A DNA stretch of 64,000 nucleotides from Candidatus Eiseniibacteriota bacterium (lineage in GTDB: Bacteria; Eisenbacteria; RBG-16-71-46; CAZAMP01). The stretch spans positions 4,352,001 to 4,416,000 of the forward strand of contig OZ245046.1 in NCBI GenBank assembly GCA_965224245.1. The letters are read 5' to 3'. Of the stretch, positions 42,966 to 51,354 are shown one piece after another (position 1 is the stretch's first letter; each line of letters begins with the position of its first letter). The notes below the pieces were generated by a model that ran no database searches, was not told where the DNA came from, and saw only the letters and a list, made by a program, of their open reading frames with translations. The position numbers and the translations under genes are program-made.

Positions 42966-45284
42966 ATGTCTCCACGTCCGCACGCGTGCTTCGCCGTCCG
43001 CCGGCCGTCCCGTCTCCGGGCCGTGCTCCCCGTCCTCGTCACCGGCCTCGCCACGACGCACGCGCTGGCCGGCGCCGGAGATCCGGTGGTCACGGTCCAC
43101 TTTCCGAACGGCGGCGAGTCCCTGAACGGCGGCGACACCACCAACATCGTGTGGACCGCGACCGACGACACGGCGGTGACGCTGGTCAACGTGTACTACC
43201 GTGACGGTGCGGCCGAGGAATGGACCCCCATTGCCCTCGGGCTGGCCGACTCCGGCGCGCTCCCGTGGTCCGTGCACAACACGCCGACCTCCGAGGCACG
43301 CGTGCGCGTGGTCGCCGAGGATCCGTTCGGCAACACGGGCGAGGATCAGAGCGACACCGACTTCACGATCAACGCCCAGACGGGATCTCGCGTGTCGACG
43401 ACGCTTCGCGACTTCGAGCAGCCGGGCACGCAACCGTTCGAGGCGGGCTTTCTGCATCCGAACTCGAACTGTCTCTCGTGCCACAGCGGATACGCCGACC
43501 ACTCCCCTGGAAGCAGCTACCTGGGCTCGATGATGGCCAACGCGGCCCGCGATCCGCTCTTCTACGCGGCGCTCGCCATCGCCGAGCAGGACGCCGCGTC
43601 GTCGGGCGACCTGTGCATCCGCTGTCACTCGCCCTATGCCTGGGTCAACGGCCGCAGCAATCCCACCGACGCCGGTGCGTTCACGACCGAGGATCGCGAG
43701 GGCATCACGTGTCACTTCTGCCACAAGCTCGTCGATCCGGTGTACACGGGCGAGAACCCCGCCGACGACGTCGCGGTGCTGGACGCCCTCGACGAGGTCC
43801 CGACCGAGTTCGGGTCCGGGCGCTACGTCGTCGACCCCGAGGACCGACGCCGCGGCCCGTACTCGAGCGTCTCGCCGCCGCATCAGTGGCGATACTCGCC
43901 GTTCCACAACTCGAGCGACCTCTGCGCGACGTGCCACGACGTCTCCAATCCCGCGTTCGAGCGCGTGGGCCCGATGGACTACGCGCTCGGGAGCATCGAC
44001 GCGCCGCCCGCCGACTTCGGCGCCGGGCACCTGTTCCCGGTCGAGCGCACGTACAGCGAGTGGCTGGCGTCGGACTTCGTGTCCGGTGTGTTCGCGCCCG
44101 AGTTCGCCGGCAACCGTCCCGACGGCATCGTGTCGACCTGTCAGGACTGCCACATGGCCGACGTGCTGGGTAAGGGCTGTGGCTTCGAGTCCGCTCCCGA
44201 GCGCTCGGATCTGGGCGTGCACGACCTGACCGGCGGCAACACGTGGATGCCGCAGGTGATCAAGAAGGCATTCGCGAGCGAGATCGTTCCCGAGTACATG
44301 GACGCCGCCACCCTGCGCGCGCAGGCGATGCTCGAGAAGGCGGCGGTGCTCTCGATCGCCATCACGGCCGAGGCCGATTCGTTCCGCGCGCACGTGACGG
44401 TGACCAACCGCTCCGGTCATCGGCTGCCCACCGGGTACCCCGAGGGACGCCGGATGTGGGTGAATCTCGCCGCGTACGACGGCGTCGGCACCAAGGTGTA
44501 CGAGTCGGGCGCCTACGACGTCGCGACCGCCGAGCTCACGTACGACTCCGACCTGGCCATCTACGAGGCCGAGCTGGGTCTGTCGCCGTCGCTCGCCGCG
44601 TCGCTGGGTCTGCCGGCGGGTCCATCGTTCCATTTCGTGCTCAACGACACGCTCTACAAGGACACGCGCATCCCGCCGCTCGGATTCACGAACGCCGCCT
44701 TCGAGGACTTCGGGATGCCACCGGTCGATCCCGATCACGAGGGTCCCGGCCCTCGGTACGAGGACGGCCAGAACTGGGACACGCCCACCTACGCGCTGCC
44801 GGCCTCCGCCGCCGAGGTGATCGCCACGCTCTACTATCAGACCACGTCCAAGGAATACGTCGAGTTCCTGCGCGACGAGAACGTGACCAGCTCGGCCGGG
44901 TCGGACATGTACGACCTGTGGGTGGCCAATGGTCGCGCGGCCCCCGTCGTGATGGCCGCCGACACGACGTCCACCGACGTCATCGGCGTGCCCGGCCACG
45001 ACGTCGCCGCGGGGATCGGCCTCGACGCGATCGCGAACCCGTTCCGGGGTCCTCTGGCGCTCCGGCTGGATCTCGCCGCGAGCGCCGACGTCTCGCTCGA
45101 GGTGTACGACGTTCACGGCCGGCGGATCGCGAGGGAGCGCTTCGGCGAGATCGGCGGCGGCGCGCACCGTCTGGTCTGGGACGGCACGACCGCCGGCGGA
45201 CACGACGCCGGCCCCGGCGTGTACTTCGCGCGTGTCCGCGTCGGTGACCGCGTTCTCTCCCGGCGAGCCGTGCGACTCGACTGA
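42966..45284 (+). CDS. Secreted pentaheme c-type cytochrome with N-terminal Ig-like domain and FlgD-Ig/T9SS-CTD-like tail
   Basis: CLSCH, CIRCH, CHFCH, CATCH, CQDCH; PNGGE Ig domain; GHRLPTGYPEGRRMW; NPF..YDVHGRRI..WDG..PGVYF. Confidence 0.88.
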   Translation: MSPRPHACFAVRRPSRLRAVLPVLVTGLATTHALAGAGDPVVTVHFPNGGESLNGGDTTNIVWTATDDTAVTLVNVYYRDGAAEEWTPIALGLADSGALPWSVHNTPTSEARVRVVAEDPFGNTGEDQSDTDFTINAQTGSRVSTTLRDFEQPGTQPFEAGFLHPNSNCLSCHSGYADHSPGSSYLGSMMANAARDPLFYAALAIAEQDAASSGDLCIRCHSPYAWVNGRSNPTDAGAFTTEDREGITCHFCHKLVDPVYTGENPADDVAVLDALDEVPTEFGSGRYVVDPEDRRRGPYSSVSPPHQWRYSPFHNSSDLCATCHDVSNPAFERVGPMDYALGSIDAPPADFGAGHLFPVERTYSEWLASDFVSGVFAPEFAGNRPDGIVSTCQDCHMADVLGKGCGFESAPERSDLGVHDLTGGNTWMPQVIKKAFASEIVPEYMDAATLRAQAMLEKAAVLSIAITAEADSFRAHVTVTNRSGHRLPTGYPEGRRMWVNLAAYDGVGTKVYESGAYDVATAELTYDSDLAIYEAELGLSPSLAASLGLPAGPSFHFVLNDTLYKDTRIPPLGFTNAAFEDFGMPPVDPDHEGPGPRYEDGQNWDTPTYALPASAAEVIATLYYQTTSKEYVEFLRDENVTSSAGSDMYDLWVANGRAAPVVMAADTTSTDVIGVPGHDVAAGIGLDAIANPFRGPLALRLDLAASADVSLEVYDVHGRRIARERFGEIGGGAHRLVWDGTTAGGHDAGPGVYFARVRVGDRVLSRRAVRLD

Positions 45285-45480
45285 GGCGTCCCCCATCTCG
45301 TCTCACGGCGCCGGGCGTCCCTCGTGAAGGCGTGTACCGGCGTCGTCGTATTCGACTCCTTCGTCGTCTCTGGTCATTCGATGCTGTTCTCGGGGCGCCG
45401 GCGATGTGACCATCGTGCGCGGGCATGAGTCCAAGCTCCCGCCATTGCGGATCTCGTCGGCTCCGAGAAAGGAACGTCAC

Positions 45481-46308
45481 ATGGACGGAGACAACGTTCA
45501 GCAGGCACTCGACGCGGTGATTCCGGTGGTGACCCACTACGGTCTTCAGATCATCGGGGCGGTGCTGATCCTGATCGTGGGACGGATCGCCGCGAGCGGG
45601 GTCGGCTCCTTCGTCGACCGGGCACTCGTCCGGGCCAAGGTCGACGACTCGCTCCGGAAGTTCCTGGTGAGTCTGGTCCGGATCGCCGTCATCGCGTTCG
45701 CCGTGATCGCGGCACTCGCGAAGTTCGGCGTACAGACGACGTCGTTCGTCGCGGTCCTCGGAGCCGCCGGCTTCGCGATCGGCTTCGCGCTCCAGGGTTC
45801 GCTCGGGAACTTCGCGTCCGGCGTCATGCTCCTGATCTTCCGCCCCATCAAGGTCGGTGATCTGATCGAGGCCGCCGGCTACCTGGGCGTCGTGGAAGAG
45901 GTCGGCCTCTTCGTGACCACGATCAACACGCTCGACAACCAGCGCGTGATCATCCCCAACAGCACCCTCACGCGCGGTGTCATCAACAACGTCAACGGAA
46001 ACGGGCTGCGTCGCGTGGACATGACCGCGGGCATCTCGTACGCCGACGACATGGACAAGGCCAAGACGCTGTGCATGGAGGTTCTCCGGTCGCATCCGAA
46101 AGTGCTGGCCGATCCGGAGCCGACGGTCGCGGTGTTCGAGATGGCCGACTCCTCGGTGAATCTCGTGGTCCGACCCTGGTGCAACGGCGACGACTACTGG
46201 ACCGTCTGGTTCGAGTGCACGCAGCGGGTGAAGGAGGCGTTCGACGCCAACGGGATCACGATCCCGTTCCCGCAGCGGGACGTTCACCTTTTGCAGCCCA
46301 GGACCTGA
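45481..46308 (+). CDS. mscS: Small-conductance mechanosensitive channel
   Basis: GVQTTSFVAVLGAAGFAIGFALQGSLGNFASG, IIPNS, ITIPFPQRDVH. Confidence 0.93.
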   Translation: MDGDNVQQALDAVIPVVTHYGLQIIGAVLILIVGRIAASGVGSFVDRALVRAKVDDSLRKFLVSLVRIAVIAFAVIAALAKFGVQTTSFVAVLGAAGFAIGFALQGSLGNFASGVMLLIFRPIKVGDLIEAAGYLGVVEEVGLFVTTINTLDNQRVIIPNSTLTRGVINNVNGNGLRRVDMTAGISYADDMDKAKTLCMEVLRSHPKVLADPEPTVAVFEMADSSVNLVVRPWCNGDDYWTVWFECTQRVKEAFDANGITIPFPQRDVHLLQPRT

Positions 46309-46392
46309 CTCGGGTCGCGTCGTTGCGCCGGCGCGGCCTCGATCGCTCGACTCGCGCTCGACGGCGAGGGACCCGCTGACGGGTTCCTGCCG

Positions 46393-46422
46393 TTGTCGCC
46401 GGCCCCGCGCGACGGGTAGACT
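46393..46422 (+). promoter_or_regulatory. Putative sigma70-type promoter for a leaderless maf transcript
   Basis: TTGTCG-N18-TAGACT, 6 nt before ATG 46429; no SD. Confidence 0.55.
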
Positions 46423-46428
46423 CGCGCC

Positions 46429-47010
46429 ATGTCGCGAACGCTGCTTCTCGCCTCGACGTCCCGCTATCGGCGGGAGCTCATGGACCGACTCGGCGTCGCC
46501 TACCAGGCGATCGCCCCGAGCTACGTGGAGGCGCCGATGCCCGGAAGCGCCCCCGACGTCGTCACGTCGCACCATGCGCTCGAGAAGGCCCTCAGCGTCG
46601 CACGGGAGCACCCCGACGCGTACGTGATCGGGTCGGATCAGGTCGCGTACTTCGAGGGAGAGGCGCTGGGAAAGCCCGGCACCCCGGAGCGGGCTCGAGC
46701 CCAGCTCCGGCGCCTGAGCGGGCGCGAGCACGTGCTCGTCACGTCGGTGGCTCTCGTTCGTCTCTCCGACGGACACACGCGGACGCACGTCGATCAGACG
46801 ACGATCGGGATTCGTCCGCTCGACGACGCGGAGATCGCACGGTACGTGGAGCGCGACGACCCGAGCGACTGCACCGGCTCGTACAAGTCCGAGGGGCTCG
46901 GGGTCACGCTGCTCGACCATCAGACGGGGCGTGATCCGTCCGCCGTGGTCGGGCTGCCGTTGATGGCGGTGGCGTCGATGCTGCGCGAGGTCGGCTTCGA
47001 CGTGCCGTGA
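46429..47010 (+). CDS. maf: Maf family nucleoside triphosphate pyrophosphatase (YceF-like)
   Basis: LLLASTSRYRREL, KA, VIGSDQV, GKP, GSYKSEGLG, VGLPL. Confidence 0.92.
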   Translation: MSRTLLLASTSRYRRELMDRLGVAYQAIAPSYVEAPMPGSAPDVVTSHHALEKALSVAREHPDAYVIGSDQVAYFEGEALGKPGTPERARAQLRRLSGREHVLVTSVALVRLSDGHTRTHVDQTTIGIRPLDDAEIARYVERDDPSDCTGSYKSEGLGVTLLDHQTGRDPSAVVGLPLMAVASMLREVGFDVP

Positions 47011-47043
47011 GGCCGCGCCCCGGGCCTCGACGGCTCGCGGACC

Positions 47044-47847
47044 CTATGCGAGCAGCGACGGGATCGACGCGACCGACTTCACGACGGCATCGGGCGTGAC
47101 GCACGCCTCCGTCGCGTCGCCGGGACGGAACTTCCCGGTCCGCACGAGGACGCCGCGCATGCCGGCCGCCTGCGCCCCCCCGACGTCCGAGACGACGTCG
47201 TCACCGACCATCACCGCCTCGGTCGCCTCGACCCCGGCGTCGGCCAGGGCAAGGCGAAAGAAGTCCTCCGACGGCTTCCCCAGGACGAGTGCGCGTGTGC
47301 CCGTGGCGTACTCCAGCGCGGCGACGAAGGCACCGATGTCGATGCGAGGACCGTCGGGCTCCTGCCAGTAGCGACCCTTGTGGAGCGCGACCACCTCGGC
47401 ACCATCGAGAACGGTCCGGAACAGCTCGTTGATCAGGTCGTAGGTCCACGATCCTCCGATGTCGCCGATCACGACGACGTCCGCCGGCGATCGCGGCGTC
47501 GCGACGATCGCGCCGGCGAACTCCGATTGCACGTCGTCGGCCACCACGAGTCGGACCCGATCGCCCGATCTCGCCGACACGTGGAGCACGCCGGCGGACA
47601 GCGCGCTCAGGACCTCGTGTGGCTCGATCGACAGCCCCAGCGAGCGTAGCCGTCGGTGCAGGCCTTCTCGGCTCACGCGCGTGGTGTTCGTGACGAAGCG
47701 AAGCGTCAGGCCGCGGTCCCGGAGCGAGGCGATCGTCTCGTTGCCGCCCGGGACGAGCGCATCCCCGACGTAGAACACTCCGTCCAGATCGAAGAAGACG
47801 GCGCGGACGTTCGAGAGGGAAGCCGTCGCGTCAGGCATGGGGCTCAT
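47044..47847 (-). CDS. HAD-IIA hydrolase, TIGR01458/LHPP-like
   Basis: FDLDGV, FVTNTT, ALHKGRYW, ALEYATG, GKPS..FF, MVGDDVVSDVGGAQAAGMRGVLVRTGKF. Confidence 0.92.
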   Translation of the reverse strand: MSPMPDATASLSNVRAVFFDLDGVFYVGDALVPGGNETIASLRDRGLTLRFVTNTTRVSREGLHRRLRSLGLSIEPHEVLSALSAGVLHVSARSGDRVRLVVADDVQSEFAGAIVATPRSPADVVVIGDIGGSWTYDLINELFRTVLDGAEVVALHKGRYWQEPDGPRIDIGAFVAALEYATGTRALVLGKPSEDFFRLALADAGVEATEAVMVGDDVVSDVGGAQAAGMRGVLVRTGKFRPGDATEACVTPDAVVKSVASIPSLLA

Positions 47848-47909
47848 CCACGTAGCAGGTCGACCTCAGTCCATCCTCCCGAGCTCGCCGGCTCCGGGAG
47901 TCGAGTGCG

Positions 47910-49541
47910 CTATTGCCCCGGTGCGTTGTCGGAGTCCTCCGCCCTCCTGCTGGACGGAACGAAGGCGAGGACGAGCCGCGCCAGGGCAAATCCGATGACG
48001 AAACCCACGACGCCACCCTGGGCTCCACCGGGCACCGCACCGCCCGTCGTCCAGTTCAGAACGACGAACACACCTCCGCCCACGAAACCGGCGGCCATCG
48101 CGATCTTGTTCTTGTCGATCGACTCCCGTCGAGCCGTCTCGATGACCGGACTTTCGCTCCTCTCGGCGCTACCCAGGAGCCCGTACTGCCTCCCCACACG
48201 GAGCGCCAGTACCAGCCAGATGACGACGAGGATGACGTTGAAGATCGCGAATCCCCGCGTCCCGAGCCCCAGAAACGTCGTGCCCAGAAACACCGTGAGG
48301 GCCTGGAGCGCGTCCCCGGCCCGCACGAAGATCGTGTCGATCGCCTGCTTGGCCATGTACTTCTGCTCACGCGTGGTGGGCAGGAAGAGGACGCCCCTGA
48401 GCGTGTTCTGAAGCGAGTAGTCGGTCGCGTTCTCGGCCGTCTTGATCCACCGGACGTAGGCCAGCACCGGGACCACCGCCGCCATCAGGTAGCCGCCGAG
48501 TGCGATGACGGGGAGGATCATCAACGCCACGCGGACGCCGAGGTACTTGAGTACGCGCGAGACGAGGAACAGCTGGATGACCACGCCGGCGATGTTCACC
48601 CACTTGAAGAACCCCGAGTAGAAGCGTCCGATCCACTCCCCCTGGGAGAGCCCGCCTGCGGTCCCGTCCGCGACCGCGGCCGAGGCGGCGTCGGACACGA
48701 GGCGACTCAGGATGTACTCACCGGTGGTGTTGACCCAGTTCAGCACCAGGATCAGAAGCGCGATCATCAGAAGGTACCGCTCGCCGATCACGAGCTGGAA
48801 CGCGCGCAGCGGTCCCCCGGTCGTGATCGGCTCGTCCTCCCGGGTGGCGACCGTTCCCGTGCCCTCGCGGCGGCGCTCGCGCGCGTCCACGACGTTCGTG
48901 ATCCCCATCGCGATCGTCAGGAGCACCGCCGACAGGATCAGGAGCTGGTAGACGTTCAGCGGCGCGACGGCGACGCCGGCCAGCGGCACCGTGAACCCGT
49001 CCAGGAGCTTCTCGGTGATCGCGCTTCCCAGGACGGCGCCGATGGACGCGCCGAAACCCACGATGGCGAACAGGCGCTTTCCCTGATCCTCGGTGTAGAC
49101 GTCGTTCGCGAAGGCCCAGAACTGCGCGATGACCATCAGGTTGAAGATGCCGACCCAGAGGTAGAACACGACGCCGAGCGGCAGCCCGGTCCGCGACAGC
49201 ACGAAAAACGCGACCAGACACGCGGCGAAGAAGACCGTGACCACGTTGATGAGGCGCCGGCGGGACATCTTCCGCGCCAGCATGCCGTACAACGGAACCA
49301 CCACGAGCAGGAGCAATCCCTGGAAGAAGGACATGTACGCCTTCAGCTCGGGGCCGCCCTCGGTCGCGAGGATCAGCGCCTCGCGCACGGGCTTGATGAT
49401 GTAGTAGCACGTCAGCAGCAGGAAGACGTTCAGCATCAAGAGCAGCGCCGTCCCGGGCTCGCCCGGGCGCACGTCCGCGAAGAGGCTCAGGAATCGCTCG
49501 AGGGGACCCTTGCGACCGGCGTGCGCGCTGTCGGACGTCAT
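47910..49541 (-). CDS. NTT/Npt1 (TLC, ATP/ADP translocase family) nucleotide transporter
   Basis: YYIIKPVREALIL, FYLWVGIFNLMVIAQFWAFANDVY..QGKRLF, KTAENATDYSLQNT, KYMAKQAIDTIFVRAGD; about 12 TM plus two extra C-terminal TMs; no HEAT/cNMP extension. Confidence 0.85.
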   Translation of the reverse strand: MTSDSAHAGRKGPLERFLSLFADVRPGEPGTALLLMLNVFLLLTCYYIIKPVREALILATEGGPELKAYMSFFQGLLLLVVVPLYGMLARKMSRRRLINVVTVFFAACLVAFFVLSRTGLPLGVVFYLWVGIFNLMVIAQFWAFANDVYTEDQGKRLFAIVGFGASIGAVLGSAITEKLLDGFTVPLAGVAVAPLNVYQLLILSAVLLTIAMGITNVVDARERRREGTGTVATREDEPITTGGPLRAFQLVIGERYLLMIALLILVLNWVNTTGEYILSRLVSDAASAAVADGTAGGLSQGEWIGRFYSGFFKWVNIAGVVIQLFLVSRVLKYLGVRVALMILPVIALGGYLMAAVVPVLAYVRWIKTAENATDYSLQNTLRGVLFLPTTREQKYMAKQAIDTIFVRAGDALQALTVFLGTTFLGLGTRGFAIFNVILVVIWLVLALRVGRQYGLLGSAERSESPVIETARRESIDKNKIAMAAGFVGGGVFVVLNWTTGGAVPGGAQGGVVGFVIGFALARLVLAFVPSSRRAEDSDNAPGQ

Positions 49542-49563
49542 GCGTGCTCCCTTCCGAGGGACG

Positions 49564-51354
49564 TCAGCGATCGATGGCGACCACTCGGCCCGACGCGCGC
49601 GAGACGTAGGCGACGACCGATCCGCTCCAGCCGTCGCCGCGGTCCACCTGGTAGTCGAGGGCCACGAACGGACGGTCGTCGGCCGGAGCGGCGTCGATGG
49701 CGTGTCCGATGCGCGGGTCGGCGAGGTCCACCCTCAGCTCGGAGAGATCGAACCAGCGCGACCACGACGCCGCGTTGCGGTCGGCGTTCACGGCCGCCAC
49801 CCGGACGCGGTACCGCGTGGTCTCGCCGTCCGCGAGGCCACGTTCGACGGCGAGGTCGTGTCCGACCACCTCCGAGCCGTGAACCTGGAAGAACTCGAGC
49901 GGGGGGATCTTCGCGAACCAGGTGCGCGCGATCGCGTCTCGCCGCTCTCCGATCACCCGAGCCAGGTACCGGGTGGCCTCGGGATTCTGGTAGTGGGCCT
50001 CGCGGCACGCGGCCATGATGTGCGCGTCGGTGAAGGCCGAGATGATCTTGGCCGCCCAGTACGCGTCGTCCGTGGTCTGGTTTGCGAACGCGGGATTGGG
50101 CTGCAGCGGCTTGTACTCGCGCGGGTCGTACGGATCGCTCACGTACGCGCCCACCTCGGCGAGCCCCTCCGGTGGATGCACGCGCCGCCAGGCGTCCTCG
50201 TGGATGCCCAGAGCGAGGATCCGTCCGCCGACGGGCATCACGTCAACTGTGTACTCGTAGCCCCAGCGCTGGGTCGGGCCGTGCGCGCCCGTCCCCAGGG
50301 TGCTGGCGAAGTCGATCAGATGGTGCCGGATGAACCGACGCCCATCCTCCTCGACGAGCATGTCGAGCGAGTTGTGCTGCTTGGTGTCGAAGTGCGCGAT
50401 CCACGCCGCGAACGTGTAGAGGCCCCGGAGCTCCCGGCGATGCTCGTGATCGATGCGATCGTTGGGGTCGTCATCGCGCCGACCGATGTAGTCGAACGGA
50501 CCCACCGGTCGGCCGTCCAGGAACTTGCTGGCGATGGCGCGCCAGGAACCTCCGTCGCTGTGCACGTCGGCCAGGATGGCGTCGATGTCGGCCACCGTCA
50601 TCGGTCGCTTCTTGCCGTCCTTCTCGCTGATCTTCACGTCGTCACCGAGGCGCAGCTGATCCCGCCGGAAGTACACGATGTTGTCGTCGGGGACGAAGTA
50701 ACCCGCGGCGTACAGGAGACGCGCCGAGATCACGCCCGCGCCGCTCGCCATCGACGGATGGTCGGGGGGATCGAACTTGATCAGATACAGCTCGCCGTTC
50801 CCGTCGCGGACCGTGAAGCCCGGCGTGACACCCTCGGTCTTCGCGCGCACGATCGTCCACGGCTCATGGGTCGATGGACCCCGCGAGCCGTCCCCGGGGC
50901 CGGCGGCGACCTCCTCGGGCGTCATCGGGAACAGTCCGATGCGATTGGTGAACCAGGACGAGTTCGGGACCTCGTCGAGCGCGTTCACGTTCGCCGCGTG
51001 GGGCACGTGGTCCCCGCCGAACAGCACGCCGACGTGACGGATCAGGCGGCTCGGCTTCGTCCACCGCCCGAACGGGCGCACGACCGATTCTCGAGGACCA
51101 TCCCAAAGAAGATTGGGCTCGCGCTCCTCGGGCGGCTCGATGTCGTGACGATCGTCGTCGTACCAGACGATCGGCGCGTCCACGAGCGGGGCCTCGGCGC
51201 GAGCGACCCGAGACTCGAGAACAACGACCGTGCCCGCCACGGCCAGTGCGAGTACCGATGCGGCGCCGGCGCCGCTTGCCCCCGCCAGAGCGGCCCTCAC
51301 CGCCCGCCCCGCGCGCCGCGCCGCGTCAGCGCGACGGGACCGGATTGCGACCAT
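49564..51354 (-). CDS. Exported hypothetical protein with atypical protein-kinase-like motifs
   Basis: Signal-like N-terminus (..ARA/EAP); KTEGVTPGF, YLIKFD, HFDTKQHN, LIDFAS in kinase order. Start uncertain (51354 or GTG 51300). Confidence 0.7.
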   Translation of the reverse strand: MVAIRSRRADAARRAGRAVRAALAGASGAGAASVLALAVAGTVVVLESRVARAEAPLVDAPIVWYDDDRHDIEPPEEREPNLLWDGPRESVVRPFGRWTKPSRLIRHVGVLFGGDHVPHAANVNALDEVPNSSWFTNRIGLFPMTPEEVAAGPGDGSRGPSTHEPWTIVRAKTEGVTPGFTVRDGNGELYLIKFDPPDHPSMASGAGVISARLLYAAGYFVPDDNIVYFRRDQLRLGDDVKISEKDGKKRPMTVADIDAILADVHSDGGSWRAIASKFLDGRPVGPFDYIGRRDDDPNDRIDHEHRRELRGLYTFAAWIAHFDTKQHNSLDMLVEEDGRRFIRHHLIDFASTLGTGAHGPTQRWGYEYTVDVMPVGGRILALGIHEDAWRRVHPPEGLAEVGAYVSDPYDPREYKPLQPNPAFANQTTDDAYWAAKIISAFTDAHIMAACREAHYQNPEATRYLARVIGERRDAIARTWFAKIPPLEFFQVHGSEVVGHDLAVERGLADGETTRYRVRVAAVNADRNAASWSRWFDLSELRVDLADPRIGHAIDAAPADDRPFVALDYQVDRGDGWSGSVVAYVSRASGRVVAIDR

